Shown here in pieces: positions 7,425 to 18,358 of a DNA stretch of 64,000 nucleotides. Made by a program: the position numbers and the translations under genes. Origin of the DNA: a bacterium (lineage in GTDB: Bacteria; Hinthialibacterota; Hinthialibacteria; Hinthialibacterales; Hinthialibacteraceae); contig CAXXMV010000001.1 in NCBI GenBank assembly GCA_963662285.2, positions 352,001 through 416,000 on the forward strand, given 5' to 3'. Under the pieces are notes generated by a model. It was not told the origin of the DNA. It saw only the letters and a program-made list of their open reading frames with translations, and ran no database searches. Position 1 is the stretch's first letter. The number at the start of each line of letters is the position of its first letter.

Positions 7425-10241
7425 TTATTGTACAGCGTCCAAGTTTGTCTTACTTTTTTTTGCAAGCGCCGCATCTTCTTCAACTGCGTCAACATAGTAA
7501 CCCAGGAATTTGCCGCTGGTTTCGGTTCCATAATTGATTTGCAAGCGAATGTCGAAAGAATTTATGCCAATGCGAATATCTCTATTCGGAGGAGCTTTGA
7601 TGCGGGCGGAGATAACATTAGTAATCTTATCAATATACCGACCCGGATTTATAACATTGCCTTCTGCATCCGTGATATCGGATATGGGATAAAAAGTTTG
7701 ATTATAAAGGTCTTGAATAAATATTCCGTATTCATTATCGGCCGGTTTTCCATTAACCAGTTGGTATTTAAGAGCATTTCTCCCACTACTATTTTGAAAA
7801 CCCATTGCGGCGTAATTTGGTTTGATGCTAAATGATTCAATCTTCCCGCCAGTCAAAGAAATATCACTGGCGAAATCCCAATTCCATTCATCATTAGGCT
7901 GAATATGAAATTGACCTTGTTCAAATCTTCTGCCCTGCTGCATTCCATATACCACCATCCCCCCTCCATATCCTCCCCCAACTCTTCCCTGGATTGGCAT
8001 TATTCGGCCTTGTCCACCAGGTCTTATACCAGAATCTAGTAATGTCCAGGCATCCTGCTTAAGTATGATCCGTCCATGCATTGTTTTCTTAAGAGAGAAA
8101 ACCTGACATAAAAGCGCATCGCCTTTTAAATTGATATTTGGATTGTTATTGATGGAAAAAGGAAGCTGCGGTTTATTTAATCTTGCAGAAAGCACCGCCA
8201 TACCCAGTGATGGAAACTCTGCAAAAAATTCATAAGCGTATGTATCTTTTAAATTTTCCTGGATAAATTTTGCGGGATCTCGATGGTTATATCGTTGATA
8301 ATTTCCCTGGAATCTCATTGGGGGATTACCTTGATTATTGTTAAAATTCCTCATCTTTAATATTTCATGATTAATTGGCAGCGTTTCTCCATCGTTGATA
8401 CTGGCCAGGTTAAACTTTTTGTCTTTGATATAGATTGTTGGATCCAAAAGAATTTGACCGGTATTGTTGGTTACATTTCCCACGATGTTATCGCCTTGCC
8501 ATTTCAGATCGATATCAACGCCCTTACCCAAATCGCTTTCATGCTGGGTTCTCAAAATCTCCTGAGACCAGTGATGAATAAGAAAATTATCCACTTGCGG
8601 TCCAGTGTTGGCATATTGTATAAAAAGTTGTTTATCGGGAATTGTGTTGCGGCGTCCTGTGTACACAGTTGGAATTTGGGGAAAAGCAGCTGGATTGTCA
8701 AAATTAAAGGTATATCTTTTCCGCATGGGCGAATAGACCGAACAGAAGGTCGTACTTTGGGCTGCATTGGCGGATGATCGCGCTTCCACAATGCTTATTT
8801 CATTAACCGACACTTGCCCCTGTTGACGAAGCGCTCCGATATAATAAGCCCCGTAAGCGAATATTATCGCCCATATCGGGACGGTAAACCAAGCCCATTC
8901 CAAGCGACCCAACATGCGAAAAACGATATAGTTTATCGGAACGACCAACAGAATATAACAACCCAGATATATCGCGATAAACCATGTTCCCGGCAGTTCC
9001 GCTTGAATCATCCAACGAAGAAAACCAGTGGTTGATTCATCTAAGCGCCCGACAACCCTGGCGCTGAGAGGCAGAAAACTCTGCGTTAGATATTCATTAA
9101 AAATTCTATTGCGGATGGGATTGGCAAAGAGATTATTACTGATAGAGGACGCGACGTATACAATGCGGCCAGCCCCCCATTTTCTTTCCACTAAAAATGG
9201 ATCATCATCTGCTTTCAGCAAGACCTTAATTTTGGCATCATCCAATAGTTCTCCTGTAGCGATGACGATTGATGAATTCAACACCGGAAGTTCTGATTCC
9301 TCTGGATTGATTAATTGCGTCCCGGCATTTAATACGCGGGAGCCATCCAGGGTTTGGGGGATGTACAAGCGGAAGGGTGAATCATTTAATTCCTGCCAGC
9401 GTTCTCCTGCCGCCAGAACAAGCGTTCCTCCCATTTGAATCCATGATTCCAGGGCTTTTTCCTGCTCTGGATTAATGATGGTTGTCTGTCCTCCATCCCA
9501 TATCAATACATCCAGGTTTTGGTAAGCGATGGAATATTTCGGCAACAAAGAAGGAGTGGTGTAAATGACGCGACGGAATAAATCGACTGTTTCTTCTTCC
9601 TGATTATGAGCCAAGTGTTCATGAGAACCCCGTTCATCACTAATAACTGCAATAAATCGGTCGGTCTCGGCATAGGTTGTAGCGACAGTAACTGTTTCTA
9701 CCGGGATTTGTATTCTTCCAATTTGTACATGAAACTCCAGTTCATCTAAGGTGGGAGGGAAAAAAACCGTTAGGTCGTATGTTTTTTTGGCTTTGGTTGG
9801 AAGATCGATGGGAGTAGAGTATCTTACGCTGCCATCCTTCATCTTTACAACCAGTTCCCCTTTGACCGCTTCCTTATGGTTGGTTAATTCAACAATCAAA
9901 GGAACCCACGATTCTGCTCTGCGATAGGGTCTTTCGCTATCAACGCCGATGGTCACCACAGCTGTAATAGGATCAACCGGTTCGGTGATTCCTGGAATTG
10001 CTTGATCAGAACGGTTTGTCTTGGAAAAACTTTCCTGCGCCCGTGCTTGTTCTGAAGAGCATAAAACGAACAAGACCATCAATAAACTTCCAAATAAAAA
10101 CAGAGAAAGCATCCTGATCCGGGTAAGGAAGCGTTTTGGTTCAAGTAACCTTGCACCCAATTGCATAACGACTCTTGTGTTTTTATCACATTCCCCAAAC
10201 AAACGCTCATCCCCCTTTAATTGATTTAGTGACAATGTCAA
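7425..10241 (-). CDS. Large membrane-anchored ABC accessory protein with class I glutamine-amidotransferase-like domain
   Basis: Signal-like N-terminus (true start may be near 10166); LDVLIWDG..WIQMGGTLVLAAG..GAGRIVY; two central TM helices; directly upstream of the ABC ATPase. Confidence 0.7.
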   Translation of the reverse strand: MTLSLNQLKGDERLFGECDKNTRVVMQLGARLLEPKRFLTRIRMLSLFLFGSLLMVLFVLCSSEQARAQESFSKTNRSDQAIPGITEPVDPITAVVTIGVDSERPYRRAESWVPLIVELTNHKEAVKGELVVKMKDGSVRYSTPIDLPTKAKKTYDLTVFFPPTLDELEFHVQIGRIQIPVETVTVATTYAETDRFIAVISDERGSHEHLAHNQEEETVDLFRRVIYTTPSLLPKYSIAYQNLDVLIWDGGQTTIINPEQEKALESWIQMGGTLVLAAGERWQELNDSPFRLYIPQTLDGSRVLNAGTQLINPEESELPVLNSSIVIATGELLDDAKIKVLLKADDDPFLVERKWGAGRIVYVASSISNNLFANPIRNRIFNEYLTQSFLPLSARVVGRLDESTTGFLRWMIQAELPGTWFIAIYLGCYILLVVPINYIVFRMLGRLEWAWFTVPIWAIIFAYGAYYIGALRQQGQVSVNEISIVEARSSANAAQSTTFCSVYSPMRKRYTFNFDNPAAFPQIPTVYTGRRNTIPDKQLFIQYANTGPQVDNFLIHHWSQEILRTQHESDLGKGVDIDLKWQGDNIVGNVTNNTGQILLDPTIYIKDKKFNLASINDGETLPINHEILKMRNFNNNQGNPPMRFQGNYQRYNHRDPAKFIQENLKDTYAYEFFAEFPSLGMAVLSARLNKPQLPFSINNNPNINLKGDALLCQVFSLKKTMHGRIILKQDAWTLLDSGIRPGGQGRIMPIQGRVGGGYGGGMVVYGMQQGRRFEQGQFHIQPNDEWNWDFASDISLTGGKIESFSIKPNYAAMGFQNSSGRNALKYQLVNGKPADNEYGIFIQDLYNQTFYPISDITDAEGNVINPGRYIDKITNVISARIKAPPNRDIRIGINSFDIRLQINYGTETSGKFLGYYVDAVEEDAALAKKSKTNLDAVQ

Positions 10242-10364
10242 GAAAGTGTAATATATTATTTATATACACGTTATATATCTTGTTATATGAAAAGAATAGG
10301 TTAATTGTAAATCTTTGTCATGCAAAATAATATCTAACATGCTAAATTTTCCCGGTAAAAAATA

Positions 10365-12269
10365 ATGAATCTGCTGCTATCACCATTATTATGGCGTGAT
10401 TTACGTCTTTTTCTTCGCACTTGGAAATCATTCATTGCTTTGCTCATTTTCCTGGTGGTGCTCGAATTACTGGTAAGCCTTAATTGGACCAATCTGATTG
10501 AATCCTGGGACATAAATGGAGATAACTCAAAAACCACGCGAATGCTCTTTTACTCATTAGTTCGCGGTCATCTTCTGTTTTTGGTATTCTTTACTCCATT
10601 TTTGACTGCTACAGCCTTTTTCAGTGAACGGGAGCAGGGCACATTCGAGTTGCTGCTCTCCTCTCCCATATCTAATATTCATATTGTGCTGGCCAAACTA
10701 CTGGCGTCACTGGGATTCGTCTTTATTCTATTACTGGCCGGTTCACCTATATTAGTACTTTGCGTGGTAGGCGGCGGTATCTCAAATTATGATATAACAG
10801 GCGCATACGGGTTATTTTTATGTTCTATCCTGGTTTATGGCTCTCTGGGTTTATTCAGCGCCACTTTATTCTCGAAAACTTACCAGACCATGCTGGCAAC
10901 AGCTTTAATGACATTTACCGTTACGGTAATCATCCCATTCCATCAAACAGTTTTATCGTATATTGATCCAAGATTCACGTCATATTTGAATCGTCTGATA
11001 AATCCTATTGATCAAATACAACGTTTAATCACTGAACAACGTATCGGGTCCGGTGGATTCTTCACACTATTTGAGACGACCAACCACGGCATGGAATTCA
11101 TAAATCCTTTATATGTGCAATATTTTTTAATATATCCGAGCCGCTTAAACTCATCAGCCATATTTGCTTCTTTTGGATTATGCTCACTCTTATTGTGTTT
11201 GATATTCCTGCTTGGAACACTGATCAGAATCCGTATTCTAAGCCAGGACTTCAGTAGAAAAACGCCGGGGAAAAGAAAAAATTACAATATCAACGATAAT
11301 AATTCAAATATTTTGCTGTATGACTTAACTGGAGAAAGAGACTCGATGCAATCTCCATCATCCCTCAGCGCCAGCCAACTTTTGGAAAAAAGAGGGCAGT
11401 GGTACGCCCGTTCCGGCGGTTTGATTAGAATCTGTTATATCACGGTTATCGCATCATTATTGATATTACCAATTGCATCGAGCGATTCTTCTTTATTATT
11501 CTTCCTCTTACCTCTCTTCATGACATTGCTCATCACATTACCGATCACTGCAACCCGTTTTGGAATAGAGCGCGAGCAAGGCACTTTTGATCTACTACGC
11601 ACTACATTGATGCCCATGAGCGATTATATTAATTCAAAATTTAATACATGCCGGAAATATAGCATTATTTTCGCCTTAGCTCTTTATATCCCCGGAATGT
11701 CAACCCGTTTTATTTACCGGTGGCGGAGCAATTATACATATTTCTTGATGGACGTTATTATTTTATTTGGATACCCTATCTTCCTATATGTTTGCATTAA
11801 TTTTTATACGGCGTTGGCGCTCTATGGATCAGCACGTTTCAAGAAAACCAATCATGCACTGCTGTCCATCGGATTGGTGATTCTGTTAACCATAATTACG
11901 CCTTTGTATTTCGTCTCTTATCATATTGACGGACCTCAATTAAGGCCAACATCAGGAGATCCAATGATGAAAGTGGTGTATTTTGTTGATGATATTGAAG
12001 ACAACGCATCACGAATAGTAAAATGGGTGCGTATAAAGGGATGCATGCTGCTCTCTCCACTGATTAGCGTGCTGGCGGTTTTGCCTAGAGGTCAAACCAG
12101 GCTGCTGATTCACGATACAGGCAGGCTTGGCTTCCCCTTTAATCCGGTTCCGAAAGGAACTTTACCAGTGGGCGCCTACTTTTTTGTTATTTCTCAATGT
12201 TTTATCTTCTTAGGATTGACAACATTATTGAAACGTTGGACTGTAAGAATCATTGATAAAGTGAAATAA
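10365..12269 (+). CDS. ABC-2 type permease with duplicated membrane domain
   Basis: EREQGTFELLL and EREQGTFDLLR motifs; many TM helices. Confidence 0.8.
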   Translation: MNLLLSPLLWRDLRLFLRTWKSFIALLIFLVVLELLVSLNWTNLIESWDINGDNSKTTRMLFYSLVRGHLLFLVFFTPFLTATAFFSEREQGTFELLLSSPISNIHIVLAKLLASLGFVFILLLAGSPILVLCVVGGGISNYDITGAYGLFLCSILVYGSLGLFSATLFSKTYQTMLATALMTFTVTVIIPFHQTVLSYIDPRFTSYLNRLINPIDQIQRLITEQRIGSGGFFTLFETTNHGMEFINPLYVQYFLIYPSRLNSSAIFASFGLCSLLLCLIFLLGTLIRIRILSQDFSRKTPGKRKNYNINDNNSNILLYDLTGERDSMQSPSSLSASQLLEKRGQWYARSGGLIRICYITVIASLLILPIASSDSSLLFFLLPLFMTLLITLPITATRFGIEREQGTFDLLRTTLMPMSDYINSKFNTCRKYSIIFALALYIPGMSTRFIYRWRSNYTYFLMDVIILFGYPIFLYVCINFYTALALYGSARFKKTNHALLSIGLVILLTIITPLYFVSYHIDGPQLRPTSGDPMMKVVYFVDDIEDNASRIVKWVRIKGCMLLSPLISVLAVLPRGQTRLLIHDTGRLGFPFNPVPKGTLPVGAYFFVISQCFIFLGLTTLLKRWTVRIIDKVK

Positions 12270-12271
12270 AG

Positions 12272-14029
12272 ATGATATCTATGGATAGCGTAAAGATTAC
12301 TCAAAAAGCCCACTTTTTAAGCTCCCCTCTGCTGATACGTGAAATCCGGATTTTTTTACGAAGCAATAAAGCCTTTCTTTGCTTGTTATTGTTTCTCGGA
12401 GCTCTGGTAATAACCGTCATGATGAACTGGGCTGCTTTTACAGAACATTGGCGGCCTGATCGTGATATTGCCAGAGGCGCCCGCATCTTTTTTCACTCGC
12501 TGGCCAGTGGTCATTTATATTTGATTATCTTATTTATGCCATTTCTCTTAGCGCCATCCATAGTTGAAGAGCGCGAAAAGAATACGCTTGACCTATTGGT
12601 ATCATCCCCAATATCCATCGCCCATCTTGTATTGGCGAAATTAATCTCTCCATTGTTATTCGTCTTTATGCTATTGACCGCCGCGCTGCCCGTTCTGGCT
12701 CTCTGCTTTTTAGGCGGTGGATTGGGAATGATAGATGTGTTGTACGCATATATAATTATGCTGGCAACATCTGTTATTTACTCTTGCCTGGGACTTTTAT
12801 GTTCAACGCTCCGCTCTCGAGTATATGAAGTCTATCTGGTTGCTGTTCTGATGACTGTTGTTCTTTGCCTGGTTATCCCCTTTCATGGCAGTCTATGGCG
12901 ATACATTACTGTAGTGAAATGGGTAGAGGGAGGATCAATTAATCATGGCTTAGAATTTTTGAGTCCATTTTATATACTGAGAAGTTTGATTTATACGCCC
13001 GCCGGCGTCGCCAGAAGCACCTATATATTTATTTATCTTTTCATAACACTGGCTCTGAGTGGAATGATGATGATTACCTCTTTCGCCATTGTCCGCAGGA
13101 TTGCATCAGGAACAGCATTTGGCTCTGACTATAAAGAAGATGATGATGAAGATAATGATATCATTAAGGCCTATGCGCGCGATTACTATATCTCCTTTGA
13201 TAGTACTTCGCAGGATGGAAATCCCGGCCTGGTGCTGGAGCGCCGGGTGCAATGGTTCTCCCGTTTACCCGTTTTAATGCGCTTGTTTTACAGTTCTTTG
13301 ATGCTATCGATTCTGACGCTGCCATTGGCGTCTTATCAGGGATCGTGGATATTTTTGTCTCTGCCATTTATTTCAGCGGCTTTTTTCACTCTGCCTTTAG
13401 CGGCCACCAGCATCAGTTCGGATTATGAGCGTGAAACTATATATTTATTACGAACATCTCTATTAAGTTCAAAACAGATAGTTTACGCCAAATTTCTCTC
13501 TAGTCTTCAATACAGTTTTGTTATTGCCTTGGCGCTATATTTCCCCGGCATGGCTTTTCAGTTGTTCTTTAGTTTCATGGGCTATGAAGTCGACCTGGTA
13601 TCCAATTTCGCCGACACGATAGCCATGATTTTTTACCCGGTAGCGCTATTTTTCTCTTTGCTTATGTATAACGCCTGGGGGCTGTTATGTTCATCATATT
13701 TCCGGCATTCCAATAAATCTCTTATCGTTTCCGGAGTTATAATATTAGTAACCATATGTGCGCCTTTTTTGGTTCCCCAAATTGATTTTTTCGCATTATC
13801 TTCGATATCGTATTTTTTGACATTTATATTAATGTTTCTCAGTCCTCTGGCGGGGATCATAACCCTATATCCACCAGGCACCATTAAGTATTTGGAACGT
13901 TCTTTGTTTGAAATAAGAAATCTATCTGAAATCCCCTATATTTTTCCATTGTTTCAATGCATATTCTTCTTGATAATTACATATTTTCTGTTAAAAAAGA
14001 CAATCTATTTTCTTGAACACAATGATTAG
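12272..14029 (+). CDS. ABC-2 type permease (paralog of the upstream gene)
   Basis: SPLLIREIR, EEREKNTLDLLVSSP and DYERETIYLLRTS motifs; similar to 10365-12269. Confidence 0.8.
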   Translation: MISMDSVKITQKAHFLSSPLLIREIRIFLRSNKAFLCLLLFLGALVITVMMNWAAFTEHWRPDRDIARGARIFFHSLASGHLYLIILFMPFLLAPSIVEEREKNTLDLLVSSPISIAHLVLAKLISPLLFVFMLLTAALPVLALCFLGGGLGMIDVLYAYIIMLATSVIYSCLGLLCSTLRSRVYEVYLVAVLMTVVLCLVIPFHGSLWRYITVVKWVEGGSINHGLEFLSPFYILRSLIYTPAGVARSTYIFIYLFITLALSGMMMITSFAIVRRIASGTAFGSDYKEDDDEDNDIIKAYARDYYISFDSTSQDGNPGLVLERRVQWFSRLPVLMRLFYSSLMLSILTLPLASYQGSWIFLSLPFISAAFFTLPLAATSISSDYERETIYLLRTSLLSSKQIVYAKFLSSLQYSFVIALALYFPGMAFQLFFSFMGYEVDLVSNFADTIAMIFYPVALFFSLLMYNAWGLLCSSYFRHSNKSLIVSGVIILVTICAPFLVPQIDFFALSSISYFLTFILMFLSPLAGIITLYPPGTIKYLERSLFEIRNLSEIPYIFPLFQCIFFLIITYFLLKKTIYFLEHND

Positions 14030-14136
14030 ATAGATTTTTGAATAATAGAATCGGTGAACGGATGAACTCCAGGTAAAATCACGGACGCCTTGCCATTTTA
14101 TTGTCGAATGATAATATTAAAATATACATAAATCCT

Positions 14137-14769
14137 ATGCAATTACTATATCGAATCCAACGGTTTATAATACGAACTCTTTTAAGGAGTTATATCAGGT
14201 TAATTGTTAAAGGCAATGAAAATGTCCCTGCTAATGGTTCAGTTATAATTGCTGCAAATCACTGTAGTTATCTGGATCCACCATTAATTGGACTCGGTCT
14301 GCCCCGACAAGTAACCTACCTCGCGAAAGAAGAACTTTTTTCAATCCCCTTATTAGGATGGTGGCTTCGATCTATAGGATCATATCCTGTTGCTCGTGGC
14401 AAAGGGGATATTCGCGTAATTAAAACCGCTTTACGGCTATTAAAAGAAGACAAAACAATACTTATTTTCCCTGAAGGGACGCGCAGCAGTGATGGCAATT
14501 TACAGCCTCTGGAAAAAGGGCTGGCCTGGCTGGCTTTGAAAGCAGGCGTATCTGTATTACCTGTTTATACATCAGATACCTTCCGGCTGTACCCTCGATC
14601 TGCACGTTTCCCCAAACCGGGAGTAGTGCGATTCCTGGTGGGCAAGCCGATTTTGCCGGTTTTAGATAAAGAAACTGATTTTGCAGAACAAGTTAATTGC
14701 TTTACCGCACAGATTGAAACAGCGTTAAAATCGCTGGAAGCAGAAGTAAAGAATTCGGCGGTAGAATGA
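14137..14769 (+). CDS. plsC: 1-acyl-sn-glycerol-3-phosphate acyltransferase
   Basis: NHCSYLDP and FPEGTRS motifs; upstream of rpsA; alternative TTG start at 14101. Confidence 0.9.
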   Translation: MQLLYRIQRFIIRTLLRSYIRLIVKGNENVPANGSVIIAANHCSYLDPPLIGLGLPRQVTYLAKEELFSIPLLGWWLRSIGSYPVARGKGDIRVIKTALRLLKEDKTILIFPEGTRSSDGNLQPLEKGLAWLALKAGVSVLPVYTSDTFRLYPRSARFPKPGVVRFLVGKPILPVLDKETDFAEQVNCFTAQIETALKSLEAEVKNSAVE

Positions 14770-14943
14770 TAAAAAAAGAATCATTCTGTTGCTGAGGCTT
14801 AACTCAAAGCAAAATTATTGTAAAATCCATTGCGGTTTGGACATTATTTCTGACGCCTACGAAATACCTGTCCGATCCTTGCAGTAGATCAATATTTATA
14901 AAAATATTATATAAATATTAATTCCAAAATTGGAGCGAGCTAG

Positions 14944-17067
14944 ATGATAGGTCAGGAACGAGAGCTAGCGGTTTCACAGACCGCAGAAGAACCAGTTATG
15001 TCGGAAGGACAGGTTCCCTTAACAGACGATATTGATTCCGATGATTTTTTGCAAGATGAAGATTTCGACATGGGCGCCCTTATCGATCAGACGATGTCTA
15101 AGATAGAATCAGGGCAGGTCATCACTGGCATAGTACTTAAGGTCTCCTCGGATGGAGTAATAGTCGATATTGGTTCCAAATCCGAAGGGGTGATTCCACT
15201 CAACGAGTTTCTGGAAGACGGGAAAGACCCCAACGTCTATCAAGGGATGGAAGTGGAAGTCATGGTTGTCAAAAGAGAAGGACGCGACGGTCTTCCTATT
15301 TTGTCTAGACGACGCGCTAAAGAGCGTATCTCTAAACGAAACCTCCGACATGCCTTTAAAGATGGCACGCCGGTTAGATGCGTTGTGAAAGAAATTCTAC
15401 GCGGTGGATTCCAGGTTGATGTTGACGGAGTACGCGGTTTTATTCCTTTCTCGCAAATGGGACCGGGAGCGCGTTCTGCCGAAGAACAGAAATCTTTGAT
15501 CAATCAAGCCATCGAAGTAAAAATTCTGGAAATGCGTAATAGACGCGATCTGATTCTTTCTCAGCGTAAATGGTTAGACGAAAAACGTGAAAAACTTCGT
15601 TCCGAAACGCTGGGATCGCTTAAAGAAGGATACTGGATCAACGGCGTAGTCAAGAATCTGACCGATTTCGGCGCCTTCGTGGATTTAGGCGGTCTCGATG
15701 GATTGCTTCATGTTAAGGATATGTCCTGGGGACATGTGGCGCATCCTCGCGAAATGGTTAAAGTCGGCGACGAACTAAAGGTTATGGTACTCAGCGTCGA
15801 AGGCGACCGGATTTCGCTTGGCCTGAAACATAACGCCCCTGATCCCTGGCTTGCAGTTGATGAGAAATATCCTCCTAACTCAATCGTTGGCGGAACTGTA
15901 ACCAGTTTGACAAAATACGGCGCTTTCATCTGTCTTGAAGAAGGCGTTGAAGGTTTGATTCATATATCGGAAATGTCGTGGACCAAACGGGTTCACCATC
16001 CATCCGAAATTCTCAAAGAAAAAGAAGAAGTACGGGTCAAGGTGCTAGGCATCGATAAGGAACGTCAACGCATATCCTTAAGCCTGCGCCAGACGGCAGT
16101 TGATCCATGGACCCTGGCTAAAACCAATTATCCTACGGGAACCATTATCTCCGGCGAAATCACTGGCATGACCGATTTCGGCGCTTTTGTCCGGTTGCCT
16201 GAAGGCGTTGATGGCATGGTTCACGTTTCTGATCTCTCCTGGGGAGAAAAAGTTTCTCATCCCAAACAAGTATTGAAAAAAGGCGAGCAGATTCGTTGCA
16301 AGGTTCTCGAAATTGATCCATCTCAACAGCGCATTTCACTTGGCTTAAAACAGATGGAACCGGATCCATGGTTTGTCGCCAAAGAGAAATATCCTGTTGG
16401 AGCAATGGTTGAGGTCAAAGTGACGCGCGTGACCGAATTTGGCGCCTTTGTTGAACTTGAAGAAGGTCTCGAAGGTTTAGCGCATATTTCCACCCTCTCC
16501 ACTGTAAAAGGCCAGAAAACAGAAGAAATTCTCAAAGTTGATGACAAATTAGTAATGAAAATCATCAAATTTGATATTGGCAATCATAAGATCAGCCTGT
16601 CACTTAAAGATTACCTTCAGGATCAAGAAAAGAAGGAAATCAAGAAGTACATGTCTGACGATAGCGGAGGCAACGCTACTCTAGGCGAGCTGCTCGGCGA
16701 ACAGATGAGAGCTCTTATGGATAAACAGCATTCCGAAGAGCCTGTAGTTGAAGAGTCGGTTGTCGAAGAGGCTCCAGTTGCCGAAGAGGCTCCTGTAGTC
16801 GAAGAAGTTCCAGTTGCCGAAGAGGCTCCAGTTGCCGAAGAGGCTCCAGTTGCCGAAGAGGCTCCAGTTGCCGAAGAGGCTCCAGTTGCCGAAGAGGCTC
16901 CAGTTGCCGAAGAGGCTCCAGTTGCCGAAGAGGCTCCAGTTGCCGAAGAGGCTCCAGTTGCCGAAGAGGCTCCAGTTGCCGAAGAGGCTCCAGTTGCCGA
17001 AGAGGCTCCAGTTGCCGAAGAGGCTGTAGTCGAAGAGCCTGTTGAAGAAGAAAAACCTCAAGAATAG
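14944..17067 (+). CDS. rpsA: 30S ribosomal protein S1 with acidic repeat tail
   Basis: Six S1 domains ([39 protein letters not shown], etc.). Confidence 0.97.
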   Translation: MIGQERELAVSQTAEEPVMSEGQVPLTDDIDSDDFLQDEDFDMGALIDQTMSKIESGQVITGIVLKVSSDGVIVDIGSKSEGVIPLNEFLEDGKDPNVYQGMEVEVMVVKREGRDGLPILSRRRAKERISKRNLRHAFKDGTPVRCVVKEILRGGFQVDVDGVRGFIPFSQMGPGARSAEEQKSLINQAIEVKILEMRNRRDLILSQRKWLDEKREKLRSETLGSLKEGYWINGVVKNLTDFGAFVDLGGLDGLLHVKDMSWGHVAHPREMVKVGDELKVMVLSVEGDRISLGLKHNAPDPWLAVDEKYPPNSIVGGTVTSLTKYGAFICLEEGVEGLIHISEMSWTKRVHHPSEILKEKEEVRVKVLGIDKERQRISLSLRQTAVDPWTLAKTNYPTGTIISGEITGMTDFGAFVRLPEGVDGMVHVSDLSWGEKVSHPKQVLKKGEQIRCKVLEIDPSQQRISLGLKQMEPDPWFVAKEKYPVGAMVEVKVTRVTEFGAFVELEEGLEGLAHISTLSTVKGQKTEEILKVDDKLVMKIIKFDIGNHKISLSLKDYLQDQEKKEIKKYMSDDSGGNATLGELLGEQMRALMDKQHSEEPVVEESVVEEAPVAEEAPVVEEVPVAEEAPVAEEAPVAEEAPVAEEAPVAEEAPVAEEAPVAEEAPVAEEAPVAEEAPVAEEAPVAEEAPVAEEAVVEEPVEEEKPQE
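16735..17049 (+). repeat. 18-bp coding tandem repeat (GAAGAGGCTCCAGTTGCC)n encoding EEAPVA
   Basis: 11 perfect units at 16819-17016, with degenerate flanking units. Confidence 0.97.
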
Positions 17068-17096
17068 ACTTAAATAAGTTTTTAGATAAATATCAG

Positions 17097-17130
17097 AACG
17101 GCCTTGTGGATTTCACAAGGCCGTTTTTTT
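17097..17130 (+). terminator. Rho-independent terminator after rpsA
   Basis: AACGGCCTTGTG-GATTT-CACAAGGCCGTT followed by T run; sits between the convergent rpsA and proB. Confidence 0.88.
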
Positions 17131-17162
17131 AGTGTATTGAATTGTTATTTTATTGGAAGAAA

Positions 17163-18320
17163 TTATGTATTGGTAAGAACCAGGTTATCCCGGTGAACTG
17201 CAATAGCGGCTTTGCGGGTATTTAGCATCTCTTGGATTTCTTTGCCGGAACGTCCTTGAATTTTCATGAGTTCTTTGGAAGACATGCCAACCAGACCTCG
17301 CGCGATTTCATTACCTTTGAGATCAATTATCTGTACTAAGTCTTTATTCTTAAAATTACCTGTTGTGGCGCTAACTCCAGTTGCCAAAAGGCTCTTGCCG
17401 CCCTCTCTCAATGCTTTAGCCGCTCCATCGTCAACAATGATTTTCCCGCCGCAGGGGTTTTTGGCGAATGCCAGGTAGTATTTCCAGGCATGCATTCTCT
17501 TCTTGGCGGGCATAATCCAGGTTGCTTTGGATTTTCCTGAAAGAAGGTTTCCTATAATTCCTTTTTTCAATCCATTCGATATAACCACAGGAATTCCCTT
17601 GGAGGATGCGGCTTGGGCGGCTAATAATTTAGAATTCATACCTCCCATGGACAAGCGGTCGTTTTTATCCTGGATAAACGATTGCACCTCGTCGAAATTA
17701 TTATCGATAATTTCGATCAGGTCTTTGGAGCGCTTCCCTTCTTTGAAAGTACGGAATAATCCATCTACAGTCGTGAGAAGCAGTAATAATCCCGCATCCA
17801 GTTTCCCCGCAACCAATGAAGCCAGCATGTCATTATCGCCGAATTTTAGTTCTTCATTGGCCACCGTATCATTCTCATTAATGATGGGCAGTACGCCCAT
17901 GGTTAGCAGATGCTCTAATGTTTCCCGCACATTAAGATAGGATGAGCGGCGATCAAGGTCTGAGCGGGTTAAAAGCACTTGCGCAATAGTTATATCGTAT
18001 TCCTTAAATAAAAGGCTGTACTGGTTCATCAAGCGGCTTTGACCGATAGCAGCGTAGGCTTGCCTCAAATTGATTGATGATGGTCTGCCCTGCACTCCCA
18101 TGGTTCGCAAACCGGCGCCAACGGCGCCGGATGAAACCAACACCACATCGATTCCATTTTGTCGAAGATTAGCAATCTCTTTAACAATGGATTCCATAAC
18201 TGGTTTGTTAAAATGGGTTTGTTTTTTATCGATTACGCGAGTGCCGACCTTAATAACAACACGTTTTATATCTTTGAGAAGAACGGAAGTTGCTGTTTTC
18301 GTGTTTTGAATAGTAGACAT
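17163..18320 (-). CDS. proB: Glutamate 5-kinase
   Basis: RVVIKVGT, VSSGAVGAG, INENDTV, FGDNDML motifs; C-terminal PUA domain. Confidence 0.96.
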   Translation of the reverse strand: MSTIQNTKTATSVLLKDIKRVVIKVGTRVIDKKQTHFNKPVMESIVKEIANLRQNGIDVVLVSSGAVGAGLRTMGVQGRPSSINLRQAYAAIGQSRLMNQYSLLFKEYDITIAQVLLTRSDLDRRSSYLNVRETLEHLLTMGVLPIINENDTVANEELKFGDNDMLASLVAGKLDAGLLLLLTTVDGLFRTFKEGKRSKDLIEIIDNNFDEVQSFIQDKNDRLSMGGMNSKLLAAQAASSKGIPVVISNGLKKGIIGNLLSGKSKATWIMPAKKRMHAWKYYLAFAKNPCGGKIIVDDGAAKALREGGKSLLATGVSATTGNFKNKDLVQIIDLKGNEIARGLVGMSSKELMKIQGRSGKEIQEMLNTRKAAIAVHRDNLVLTNT

Positions 18321-18358
18321 GATATAAATTCTAAATTCACCTAATAAACTGATTTATC

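Noticed and set aside
14891-14919. AT-rich inverted repeat in the rpsA leader as an autoregulatory element
   Set aside because: Plausible, but made only of A/T and cannot be distinguished from chance.
16681-17061. Repetitive alternative ORFs (SLFGNW)n and (PKRLQL)n; possible CRISPR array
   Set aside because: They are other-frame readings of the rpsA 18-bp repeat. There are no spacers and no cas genes.
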